Shown one piece after another: positions 29,502 to 38,869 of a stretch of DNA of 64,000 nucleotides (position 1 is the first letter of the stretch; each line of letters opens with the position of its first letter). Under the pieces are notes generated by a model. That model made no database searches. It was not told the DNA's origin and saw nothing but the letters and a program-made list of their open reading frames with translations. The translations under genes were made by a program, and so were the position numbers. Source of the stretch: Candidatus Eiseniibacteriota bacterium (lineage in GTDB: Bacteria; Eisenbacteria; RBG-16-71-46; SZUA-252); contig OY969801.1 of NCBI GenBank assembly GCA_963703225.1, forward strand, positions 3,040,001-3,104,000, in the 5' to 3' direction.

Positions 29502-29902
29502 AGCATCGATGGATCGTGGTCTACGCGGCCTCCCTTCTGGTCGGCCTCGGGGTCTCGCGCCTGGCGCCGGCGCGGTGGGGGTTGGAAACGTCCCACGTTC
29601 TTCTGATCGGCTCCGCGCTCTACTTCGGCGCGCTCCACCGCTTCGTCATGCGCGGGCCGGCGCGGACGGAGGCTGCGCGATGGTCCCGGCAGGACGGCCT
29701 CCTCTTGGGGCTCCTGACGCGGACCGTCGTCTTCCTTGCCCTCGCGGCGCTTCAGGCGATGGCCTGCTTTGAGTGGGCGCCGCACGCCGATCTTCGCGCC
29801 GGCTATGTCATCGCGGCGACGTGGCTCCTCGCGCTCGGATTGATCGACCCGCCGTCCTGGGCGCGAGAAAGGCGCCTTGGCGCGGCAACGTCCATCGACT
29901 AG
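29498..29902 (+). CDS. small 4-TM membrane protein (possible immunity partner)
   Basis: GTGA overlap with the upstream gene; four hydrophobic segments. Confidence 0.65.
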   Translation: MKHRWIVVYAASLLVGLGVSRLAPARWGLETSHVLLIGSALYFGALHRFVMRGPARTEAARWSRQDGLLLGLLTRTVVFLALAALQAMACFEWAPHADLRAGYVIAATWLLALGLIDPPSWARERRLGAATSID

Positions 29903-29958
29903 AATCCTACGTCCACTGAAACCGGAGGACGCCCGCAGATCACAACGAGGTATCGAGC

Positions 29959-32331
29959 ATGGACGCGAAGCCCCGATTCTTGACGACCAAACTCTGTGTG
30001 TTATTGGCCCTCGCCGGATGCGCCGCGCCCGGCAACGACGGGTCGGCGCCCGGCGGCAAGGGCGTACAGCTCGACCGGACGGTGCTGCCGATCGTGGAGC
30101 CGCAAGTTCCGACGATCACCGAAGTGGATGCCCGGAAGGCCACGCCACCGCCGCGCTTCGAGGTGAAGGCGCCGGAGAATGCGCCCAACGTGGTGATCGT
30201 GCTGATCGATGACATGGGATTCGGCCACCCCTCGACATTCGGCGGCCCGGTCAACATGCCGACCCTGGACCGCATGGCCGCTGAGGGCCTTCGCTACAAC
30301 CGGTTTCACACCACCGCCCTCTGCTCGCCGACGCGGACCGCGCTCTTGACGGGCCGAAACCACCACATCAACAATGCCGGCGCCATCATGGAGCTGGCGA
30401 CGGCGTTCCCAGGCAACACCGGGATCCGCCCGAACAGCGTGGCTCCTCTCGCCGAAATTCTGCGCCTGAATGGCTACAGCACGGCCGCCTTCGGCAAGTA
30501 CCACGAAACGCCGCCGTGGGAAGCGTCGGTGTCAGGGCCGTTCGACCGTTGGCCCACGCATTCCGGGTTCGACAAGTTCTACGGTTTCATCGGCGGCGAG
30601 ACCAACCAGTGGGCGCCCACCGTTTACGACGGCATGTCCCGCGTCGAGATCCCGCGCGACCCCAACTACCATTTCACGACGGACATGACGAACCAGGCCA
30701 TCGCCTGGGTCAATGCCCAGCAGGCGCTGACGCCCGACAAGCCCTTCTACATCTACTTCGCAACGGGAGCGACGCACGCGCCTCACCACGTCCCCAAGGA
30801 GTGGATCGCGAAGTACAAGGGCAAGTTCGACAGGGGGTGGGATGATCTCCGCGAGCGGACGCTGGCGCGGCAGCTCGAGCTGGGCGTGGTGCCGGCGGGA
30901 ACGAAGCTGACGCCGCGCCCGCCCGAGATCCCCGCGTGGGATTCGCTCACGGCCGACCAGAAGCGGCTCTTCGCGAGGCAGATGGAGACGTTCGCGGGCT
31001 TCGGCGAGATGACGGACCACGAGATCGGGCGGCTGGTGCAGTCGCTTCAAGACATGGGCAAGCTGGACAACACGCTCTTCTTCTACATCGTCGGTGACAA
31101 CGGCTCGAGCGCCGAGGGTGGACCGGACGGGACCTACAACGAGACGCTCGCGTTGAACGGAATCGTCAGCGACGTCTCCTCGCAGTTAAAGCATATCGAC
31201 GACTGGGGCGGCCCCTCGACCTTCCCCCATTTCTCGATCGGTTGGGCTCTCGCCGGGGACACCCCGTTCCAGTGGACCAAGCAGGTGGCGTCGCACTTCG
31301 GCGGTACGCGAAACGGGCTCGTCGTTCGCTGGCCCAAGGGGATCCAGGCGAAGGGCGAGCTTCGATCGCAATTCTGCCACGTGATCGACATCGCACCCAC
31401 GGCGCTCGAAGCGGCGGGGTTGCCCGAACCCACGATGGTCGACGGCACCAAGCAGTACCCGATGGACGGCACTTCCATGGTCTACTCCTTCAACGACGCC
31501 AAGGCCAAGGAGCGCCACACGACCCAGTATTTCGAGATGTTCGGGAATCGCGCCATTTACCACGATGGTTGGGTCGCGGCGACGCGCCACTCCATCCCGT
31601 GGTTGATGACCGCCAATCTCCCGAAATTCAGCGAAGACAAGTGGGAGCTTTACAACGTGAACGAGGATTTCAGCGAGGCGAACGACCTCGCGGCGCAGAA
31701 TCCGGGGAAACTCAAGGAATTGCAGGCGCTCTTCACGAAAGAGGCGATCAAGAACCACGTCTATCCGCTCGATGACCGCCGGGCGGAGCGCTTCAATGCG
31801 GAAATCGCGGGCCGGCCGGAGCTGATCGGTAAGCGGACGTCCATGACCCTGCACGAAGGGATGACCGGAATCGCCGAGGACGCGTTCATCAACACCAAGG
31901 GCAAATCCTTCTCGGTCTCGGCCGATGTCGATGTGCCGAAGGCCGGCGGAGAAGGAGTGATCATCGCCCAGGCCGGGCGCTTCGGGGGCTGGAGCCTCTA
32001 CATGAAGGGCGGCCGGGCCCACCAGTGCTACAACTTCGGCGGTCTGCAGCGGACGACCGTTTCGTCGCCCACGGCGCTGGCGCCGGGCCGTCACTCCATC
32101 ACCTACGATTTCGTATACGACGGCGGCAAGCCGGGGTCAGGCGGACTGAGCCAGCTGAGCGTCGACGGCAAGAAAGTCGGCGAGGCCCGCGTGGAACACA
32201 CGATGCCGTTCTTTTACGGCGAGGCCGTGGACGTCGGAAGGGATGACGAGACGCCGGTGACCGAAGACTACAAGTCGTGGGGCAACGAGTTCACCGGGCA
32301 CATCGAGAAGGTCACGGTCGAAACGAAGTAG
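29959..32331 (+). CDS. long-form arylsulfatase lipoprotein
   Basis: Lipobox LAGC; LIDDMG, LCSPTR, GDNG. Confidence 0.95.
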   Translation: MDAKPRFLTTKLCVLLALAGCAAPGNDGSAPGGKGVQLDRTVLPIVEPQVPTITEVDARKATPPPRFEVKAPENAPNVVIVLIDDMGFGHPSTFGGPVNMPTLDRMAAEGLRYNRFHTTALCSPTRTALLTGRNHHINNAGAIMELATAFPGNTGIRPNSVAPLAEILRLNGYSTAAFGKYHETPPWEASVSGPFDRWPTHSGFDKFYGFIGGETNQWAPTVYDGMSRVEIPRDPNYHFTTDMTNQAIAWVNAQQALTPDKPFYIYFATGATHAPHHVPKEWIAKYKGKFDRGWDDLRERTLARQLELGVVPAGTKLTPRPPEIPAWDSLTADQKRLFARQMETFAGFGEMTDHEIGRLVQSLQDMGKLDNTLFFYIVGDNGSSAEGGPDGTYNETLALNGIVSDVSSQLKHIDDWGGPSTFPHFSIGWALAGDTPFQWTKQVASHFGGTRNGLVVRWPKGIQAKGELRSQFCHVIDIAPTALEAAGLPEPTMVDGTKQYPMDGTSMVYSFNDAKAKERHTTQYFEMFGNRAIYHDGWVAATRHSIPWLMTANLPKFSEDKWELYNVNEDFSEANDLAAQNPGKLKELQALFTKEAIKNHVYPLDDRRAERFNAEIAGRPELIGKRTSMTLHEGMTGIAEDAFINTKGKSFSVSADVDVPKAGGEGVIIAQAGRFGGWSLYMKGGRAHQCYNFGGLQRTTVSSPTALAPGRHSITYDFVYDGGKPGSGGLSQLSVDGKKVGEARVEHTMPFFYGEAVDVGRDDETPVTEDYKSWGNEFTGHIEKVTVETK

Positions 32332-34852
32332 CTAACGAGGCCGGGCGGCGCGGCGGGGCGCCGTCCGGGTGCGGCGGCGGCGGGTGACTCGGGCCGGACG
32401 GGCGGTGCGCACCGCGCGCGCGGCCGCCCTCCGGCGCGCCGCCATCTTCGCCTTCCGCCTCTTGGCCTGCGCCTCCAGCTCCGCGATCCGCTCGGCCACG
32501 CCGGCGAACGCGTGCTGGAACACCTCGTCGACGAACGCGACCGGCAGGAACGTCATCTTCGCGCGGACCGGCTCCGGCACCTCGACCAAATCCCTCTGGT
32601 TGTCCGCCGGGAAGATCACCGTCTTGATGCCCGCCCGGTAGGCGGCCATCACCTTCTCCTTGATGCCGCCCACCGCGATGACCTTCCCTCGGAGCGTCAC
32701 TTCGCCCGTCATGGCCACGTCGTTTCGGATCGGGGCCTCGGCGAGCGCCGAGGCGATGGCCATGACGATCGTGATTCCCGCGGAAGGGCCGTCCTTGGGA
32801 ACCGCGCCCTCCGGGAAGTGGATGTGCATGTCGAATTCGTCGAAAAGCTTGGGATCGATGCCGAGCATCTCGGCCCGGGCCCGCACGTAGCTGTGCGCCG
32901 CCTGGACCGATTCCTTCATGACGTCGCCCAACTGCCCGGTCACGATCACGCGCCCGGCGCCGCGCATCTTGAGCGCCTCGATCAGGAGGAGGTCGCCTCC
33001 GGTCGCGGTCCACGCGAGCCCGGTCGCCACGCCGATCTCGGCCTGCCCTTCCGGCCGATCGGGAAGCACGTAGGGCGGCCCCAGAATCTTCTCCACGTCG
33101 GCTTCGTTGAACCGCCAGTTCCCCGTGTAGCCGGTGGTCCGCTGCCGCGCGGCCTTGCGGCAAAAGTTGTCGATGGCGCGCTCGAGCTGCCGCACGCCCG
33201 CCTCGCGCGTGTACTCGCGGATCATCTTGACGAGCGCCGCGTCGTCGAAGGCGATGTCGGTCTCCGCCAGCCCGTGATCCTTGGCTTCCCTGGGAATCAG
33301 GTGGCGCCGCGCGATCTCGAGCTTCTCCTCGTCCATGTAGCCGGGAATCTGGATCACCTCGAGCCGGTCGAGGAGCGCCGGCGGGATGAAGTCGAGCACG
33401 TTGGCGGTGGTGATGAACAAGGTCTCCGACAGATCGAACGGGATCTCGATGTAGTGGTCGACGAAGTGCGCGTTCTGCTCCGGGTCGAGCACCTCGAGGA
33501 GCGCCGCGGCGGGATCCCCCTGGGCGTCATGGCCCAGCTTGTCGATCTCGTCGATCATGAAGATCGGGTTGCTCGAGTCGCAGTCGCGGAGGCTTCGGAT
33601 GATCTTGCCGGGGCGCGACCCGATGTAGGTGCGCCGGTGGCCGCGGATCTCCGCCTCGTCGCGCACCCCGCCGACGCTCATCCGGACGAACGCGCGTCCC
33701 AGCGCGCGGGCGATCGAGGAGCCGAGCGAAGTCTTTCCCGTGCCCGGAGGTCCGGCGAAGCAGAGGATGGGCCCCTTGAGATCGTTCTTGAGCTTGAGGA
33801 CGGCGAGGTATTCGAGGATCCGCTCCTTCACCTTCTCGAGACCAAAGTGCTCCTCGTCGAGCCGCCGCTGGACCTCGTCCAGGTTGATCTCCGTCGCCGA
33901 CCGCCGCGACCAGGGGAGCGAGAGGAGCCAATCGACGTAGTTTCGAATCACCCCCGATTCCTGGGACGCGGGGGGCAGATAGCGGAGCCGATTCGTCTCC
34001 TCCTGCACGACCACCAGAACGTGGTGCGGCAACCCCAGCCCGTCCGAGCGCTGGAGAATCTCGCGCACGAGCATCTCCTGGGGATCGTCCTCGCCCAAGA
34101 GGCGGCGGATTTCTTGAAGCTGCTGGCGGAGGAAGAACTCGCGCTGGCTCTTGTCCATCTGGGCGCTGGTCCGCCGGACGACGTCGTCGGCCACGGTGAG
34201 CCGCGCGATCTCGGAGTCGAGCGCCTCGAGCCACAAGGTTGAGCCGCTCCGTGACGTCCAGGGTCTCGACGATGCGGCGCTTCGTCTCGAGCGGGAACCG
34301 CACGATGGACGCGACCGTGTCGGCGAAGAGCCCGGGATCGCCGAGGTTCATGCTGAAGATGTTGTCCAGCTCCGGCGGGTAGGTCTTGTCGAGCTGGGCC
34401 AGCTCGCGTAGCGACTTGAGAATCCGGGCCACCAGCTCCCGGACCTGGTCCGGATCCCCGTGCGCCTCGATGGGGCAGCTCACCCGGGCCTCCAGATAGG
34501 GGTCGGTCCGGAGAATCTCCTCGATCCCGACCCGCCTGAGCCCCTCCAGCGTGACCTGAACGTTGCCGCCCGGCATGTTGAGGATCCGGATCACCCGCGC
34601 CGCGAGCCCGATCTTGCTCAGCTCCGAGGGGCGGATGTCCTGCTCCTTGCGGGCGGGGCTATAGACCAGCGCGATCAGGTTGTCGGGGTCGGAGTAGTCC
34701 CGGAGAAGCGCCTTCGATTGCTCGACGCGGACTTGGAGGGAGGTGACGCCCAGCGGGAAGACGATAGTGCTCATCAGGGGGAGCACCGGCATTTCGGGGG
34801 GCACGTCGCATTCGAGCATCGGGCCGATCTCGGCCATCGGTCGCTTGCTCAA
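32332..34852 (-). CDS. lon: ATP-dependent Lon protease (+1 frameshift near 34232)
   Basis: LON_N domain in ORF 33527..34852; [37 protein letters not shown]. Confidence 0.95.
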
Positions 34853-34909
34853 GCGGCGCTCCTTTCCTGGGCGAGACTTGGGGCTGGGGAATCACAAGCA
34901 CGGTAACAC

Positions 34910-34943
34910 ACGCCCCGTGGGCGGCCAACGCCCACGGGGGCGT
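34910..34943 (-). promoter_or_regulatory. strong GC hairpin upstream of lon
   Basis: ACGCCCC(C)GTGGGCG-TTGGC-CGCCCACGGGGCGT. Confidence 0.5.
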
Positions 34944-34958
34944 CCATGCCCCCCAATC

Positions 34959-34991
34959 AGAAGGGCCACCAGACGTGTGCTCCGATGGCCC
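34959..34991 (-). terminator. probable terminator downstream of the micropeptide genes
   Basis: GGGCCATCGGA/TCTGGTGGCCC 11-bp stem followed by TTCT. Confidence 0.5.
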
Positions 34992-35069
34992 ATCCTTCAC
35001 CCCTTGATCTCTCCCGCAGGGGTTCGCCCTCCCCACGGGTGCTGGTGCGAGATCTGTTACGAGGAACTG

Positions 35070-35135
35070 CTACCAGCCAGCCTTGCCGCCACCAGCGAAC
35101 GACACCACGAACAGGATCAGAGCGAGCGCTGCCAT
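35070..35135 (-). CDS. 21-aa hydrophobic micropeptide MAALALILFVVSFAGGGKAGW, copy 2
   Basis: SD AAGGAGGTG 6 nt before ATG; same peptide as copy 1 with only synonymous differences. Confidence 0.85.
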   Translation of the reverse strand: MAALALILFVVSFAGGGKAGW

Positions 35136-35206
35136 CGAGTTCACCTCCTTCCGCGTGCTTTGTTCGAAGTGGGGCTTTCTATCTCACCGGCACTTCCGAC
35201 TTCTGC

Positions 35207-35272
35207 TTACCAGCCAGCCTTTCCACCACCAGCGAACGACACCACGAACAGGATCAGAGCGAGAGCTGCCAT
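35207..35272 (-). CDS. 21-aa hydrophobic micropeptide MAALALILFVVSFAGGGKAGW, copy 1
   Basis: SD GAGGTG after an A/C-rich leader; ATG..TAA 66 nt. Confidence 0.85.
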   Translation of the reverse strand: MAALALILFVVSFAGGGKAGW

Positions 35273-35352
35273 CACACACCTCGTTGGGTTTGGGTTTCTT
35301 GCTTCCCTGCTTCCTGCCCGCCATCTGCGGGCTACGTACGCCAGGCAGCTAG

Positions 35353-35368
35353 AGCAGCCGCCGTGCCA
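35353..35368 (-). promoter_or_regulatory. sigma-54 (-24/-12) promoter
   Basis: TGGCACG-GCGG-CTGCT, one mismatch to the TGGCACG-N4-TTGCW consensus; AT-rich IHF-like tract at 35397-35422. Confidence 0.7.
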
Positions 35369-35556
35369 TTTGCACGAGGCGCGCCATCGCAGCTGTGTAA
35401 CATGATGTGTGGCAACAGATTAAAATGTTTGCAGATTGCGAATTGGGGGCCGTCTGGGGGGCAAATCGGGGGTCAAATCTGTAAAGCTACGTGGACATTT
35501 CTGAACTTACGGCGCAAGCAGAAGCGGTAAGGCCACTTAGTATAGTCGCCTGGTTT

Positions 35557-37302
35557 TTACTCTGTCTGTCCGGCGGGCTTGTCGGAGACGGGCGTCTCCG
35601 CGGACGGGAATGGGAGGTCCACGACGAACCTGTTCCCCGCGCCGGGCTCGTTCCAGACCCGGATCGCGCCCCCGTGCGCTTCCACGATCCCGGTCGCGAC
35701 GGCCATCGCCAGGCCGCCGCGCTCCATGTCTCCAGCGAGCAAGGTCTCCGGGTCGCCGTTGATGGGGGGTGCCTGCGCGTCCGCGACATAGATGCCGATT
35801 CCCCGGTCGATCCGGCGGGCGCCGACCTCCACCGTGCCGCCGTCCGGCGCGAGGCGAACGGCGTTGAGCGCGATGTTCGAGATCGCCTTGGTGAGGTGCT
35901 CCGCGTCGATACGGGGATGCACCAGCCCCGGCTCCACCGAGACGGTGAGCGACTGCCGCCGCTCGGACGCCATCGGGACAATCCCGACGGCGGCGCTCTC
36001 GACCAGGTCGCCGACGTCACCCTCGTCAAACGAGAGGGGAAGCTCGTGGCGGTCGAGGAGCGTCAGGTTCGCGAGATCGCTCCCGAGGCGCGACAGCTCC
36101 TCGCTGGCGTTTCGAATGGAGAGGATCCCCTCGAGCTGCGGCCCGCTCAGCTCGCCGAGCGCTCCCTCCTCGATGAGATCGATCACGGTCCGGATCGATG
36201 TCGCCGGATCCAGCACCTCTTCCGACGCGGTCGCGATGAAGCCCGAGCGCATCCGGTCGATCTGGGTGAGCCGCGTGAGCTCCGCCCGGTGCGCCTGCTC
36301 CGCGCTGCGGCGGCGGCGCCGGACCCAGATCGCGAGGATCGTCCCGGATGAGAGCGCGAGGATCAGCCCGATTCCGCCGGCGTAGAGGAGCTCCTTCCGG
36401 ATGGCCGCGAGCGGGGATGCCGCCAGCGTCAAGGGACGGATCAGGACGTAGGCCAGCTCGCCGCCGATCGAGGGGCCGCGGAGCGTTCCCCGGAGCGCGA
36501 CGAAGCGCTCTCCCCCGGTGGCGATCACGTCGACGTCCTCGGCCGAAATCCGCCCGATCGGAAGCTCCCGCCCCTTCGCGGCGCCGGCCAGGCTTCGCTC
36601 GGAAACCCGCTGCGCCAGGATCTTCCGAAGCGGCGACGGGGTGAGCGTCGACGCGTGGATCTCGTCGCTCACCACGAAGGCCACGTCGCACCCCATCGCC
36701 GTCTTGAGGCGCTCCGCCAGGTCCGAGTCGACGCTTCGACCCAAGCAGAGCACGCCGAGGATCGGGCCGCCCGCCGTCACCGGGACCGTCACCACGCGAT
36801 AGACGTTTCCCTTCTCCACCAGGTAGCCCTGGCCGGAGCGGCCCGCGATCGCGGCGCGCACGAAGGGCGCCTCGGAGAGATCCGCGATCTCGGTGGCCGG
36901 CTTGAGGGCGCGCGCGAGGAGCGCGCCCCGCTCGTCCAGCACCTCGAAGAAGGGGGTCTCCGCGTCCTTCTGAAATTCGCGCATCACGTTCTCGAGCGCG
37001 TTCTTGAAATCGGCGCGCGCGCGGTCCGACCTGGGAAGATTGAGCACGGCGAAGAACTTGGGATCGCCGGCGATCACCACGCCGAGCCGCTCGAGCTGCT
37101 CCCCTTCCAGGACCAGCGCCTGCTCCACGGCCGGCGCGACCCGCGCGAGCGTCTTGGCGGCGGTGGTGTCGTTCTCGTTGTCGGGGTGAAGCGACAGCGC
37201 GAGCAGGGCGAGCCCGCCGCCGATCAAGAGCGGCACGGCGGTGAGCGCGAAGATCCACGCGGTCATGGAAAAACGGGGCTTCGACTGGGCGCGAATGGCC
37301 AT
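35557..37302 (-). CDS. membrane sensor histidine kinase-like protein with degenerate H, N and G boxes (pseudokinase)
   Basis: TM, Cache-like domain, TM, HisKA, HATPase layout; FIATASEEVLDP, VADAQAPP, GGLAMAVATGIVEAHGG. Confidence 0.85.
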   Translation of the reverse strand: MAIRAQSKPRFSMTAWIFALTAVPLLIGGGLALLALSLHPDNENDTTAAKTLARVAPAVEQALVLEGEQLERLGVVIAGDPKFFAVLNLPRSDRARADFKNALENVMREFQKDAETPFFEVLDERGALLARALKPATEIADLSEAPFVRAAIAGRSGQGYLVEKGNVYRVVTVPVTAGGPILGVLCLGRSVDSDLAERLKTAMGCDVAFVVSDEIHASTLTPSPLRKILAQRVSERSLAGAAKGRELPIGRISAEDVDVIATGGERFVALRGTLRGPSIGGELAYVLIRPLTLAASPLAAIRKELLYAGGIGLILALSSGTILAIWVRRRRRSAEQAHRAELTRLTQIDRMRSGFIATASEEVLDPATSIRTVIDLIEEGALGELSGPQLEGILSIRNASEELSRLGSDLANLTLLDRHELPLSFDEGDVGDLVESAAVGIVPMASERRQSLTVSVEPGLVHPRIDAEHLTKAISNIALNAVRLAPDGGTVEVGARRIDRGIGIYVADAQAPPINGDPETLLAGDMERGGLAMAVATGIVEAHGGAIRVWNEPGAGNRFVVDLPFPSAETPVSDKPAGQTE

Positions 37303-37420
37303 TCGGGTCCGGGGTTTGGGTCCCTGTTCGAGGCCGGGATTCTCGGATTCATGGATCGGCCCAGAGGCCCCGGATCTCGAGCGCATTCTTAAGGCGCGCC
37401 GCCTGTTGTAAACTTCACCG

Positions 37421-38869
37421 ATGAGCCTTTCCGAGACCGCTCCGCGTCCCACGCCGCCCTTGGCCGGCGAAGGTACGGAGGTCCGCCGCGGTCAGTCGCT
37501 GGAGCTGGAGGTGGAGGATCTCGCCTTTGGCGGCCGCGCGCTGAGCCGGGTGGGAGGGCTCGTCGTCTTCGTCGAGAACGCCCTCCCCGGCGACCGCGTG
37601 CTCGCGACCGTCTACCGGAGAAAGCGCCAGTACGCCGAGGCGCGCGCGGAGCGAATCCTTCGCTTAGCACCCACGCGGGTGGCACCCCGCTGCGTCCACA
37701 CGGCGATCTGCGGCGGCTGCCGCTTCCAAGACCTCGACTATCGCGAGCAGCTCGTCCACAAGGAGCGGCAGGTGGCCGAGTGCTTGGCGCACCTGGGCGG
37801 CCTTCACGCCCCCGTGCGCCCCGCGATCGCGGCGCCCGAGCCCTTCCATTACCGGAACAAGATGGAGTACTCCTTCGGCAAGGACGCGGAGGGGCGGCTC
37901 ACGCTGGGCCTTCATCGGCGGGGCTTCTTCGACCGCCCCTTCGACCTCGAGCGCTGCCACATCGCCACGCCGATCTCGAGCGAGATCGTCTCGTTTGTCC
38001 GCGACTGGGCCCGGCGGGAGGCGTTTTCGGTCTACGACACGCGGCGCCACGAGGGCCTCCTCCGCTACCTCATGGTGCGCGAAGGGGTGAGGACGCGGCA
38101 GGTCATGGTCAACCTGGTCGCGACGGCGCATCATCCGGCCTTCGAGCCGTTCGCCGCGGAATTGCGCCGCGCGTTTCCGACGGTCGCGAGCGTCGTCCTC
38201 AACCTGACGCGGCGAAAGGCGCAGGTGGCGATCGGCGAGGAGGAGCGGGTGCTCGCGGGGAGCGCGACGATCGAGGAGAAGCTCGGGGGGCTCACGTTCG
38301 AGATCTCCTCCAGCTCCTTCTTCCAGACGAACACGGTACAGGCCGAGCGCCTCCTCGGCGCCGCCCTGGAAGGGTTGGATCTCACCGGCAGGGAGCGGGT
38401 GCTCGACATCTATTCCGGCACCGGCACGTTCACGCTCCCGATCGCCGCCCAATCCCTGGAGGCGATCGGGATCGAATCGTCCGCCGTCGCGGTCCAAGAC
38501 GCCGGGCGTAACGCCGAGCGAAACGGAATTCGAAACGTCACGTTCTGGACCGGGGAGGCGGTGGAGATCTTGCGGGACCGATTGGGGCTGGGGACTCGCG
38601 ACGCCGACCGCCCGATCGACCGGCCGGCGATCGACGCGGTGCTGGTCGATCCGCCGCGGGCGGGGCTTCACCCCGGCGTGGTGAGCCGTCTCATCCACTT
38701 GGGCGCGCCCAGGCTGGTCTACGTCTCGTGCAACCCCAGCACGCTGGGCCGAGACCTCGCCCTGCTCTGCGAGTCGCGCTACCGCGTGCGGTGGGTGCAG
38801 CCGGTCGACATGTTCCCGCACACGCCCCATATCGAATGCGTCGCCGCGCTCGAGCGCGCGGAGGGATGA
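37421..38869 (+). CDS. rlmD: 23S rRNA (uracil-5-)-methyltransferase RlmD
   Basis: TRAM domain, C..CGGC, YRNK, SFFQTN, VDPPRAG, YVSCNP, DMFPHTPHIE. Confidence 0.95.
   Translation: MSLSETAPRPTPPLAGEGTEVRRGQSLELEVEDLAFGGRALSRVGGLVVFVENALPGDRVLATVYRRKRQYAEARAERILRLAPTRVAPRCVHTAICGGCRFQDLDYREQLVHKERQVAECLAHLGGLHAPVRPAIAAPEPFHYRNKMEYSFGKDAEGRLTLGLHRRGFFDRPFDLERCHIATPISSEIVSFVRDWARREAFSVYDTRRHEGLLRYLMVREGVRTRQVMVNLVATAHHPAFEPFAAELRRAFPTVASVVLNLTRRKAQVAIGEEERVLAGSATIEEKLGGLTFEISSSSFFQTNTVQAERLLGAALEGLDLTGRERVLDIYSGTGTFTLPIAAQSLEAIGIESSAVAVQDAGRNAERNGIRNVTFWTGEAVEILRDRLGLGTRDADRPIDRPAIDAVLVDPPRAGLHPGVVSRLIHLGAPRLVYVSCNPSTLGRDLALLCESRYRVRWVQPVDMFPHTPHIECVAALERAEG

Noticed and set aside
34225..34240. 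Programmed frameshift in lon (or the other split genes)
   Set aside because: No slippery sequence; same +1 pattern as ten other sites
35065..35275. Direct repeat as a CRISPR array or tRNA-like repeat
   Set aside because: Only two 66-nt units and no cas genes; differences fall only at synonymous positions, so it is better explained as coding
34743..35530. Plus-strand ORFs 34743..35405 and 34946..35530 with internal repeats
   Set aside because: They are antisense readings of the micropeptide repeat; the SDs and the synonymous pattern support the minus-strand frame
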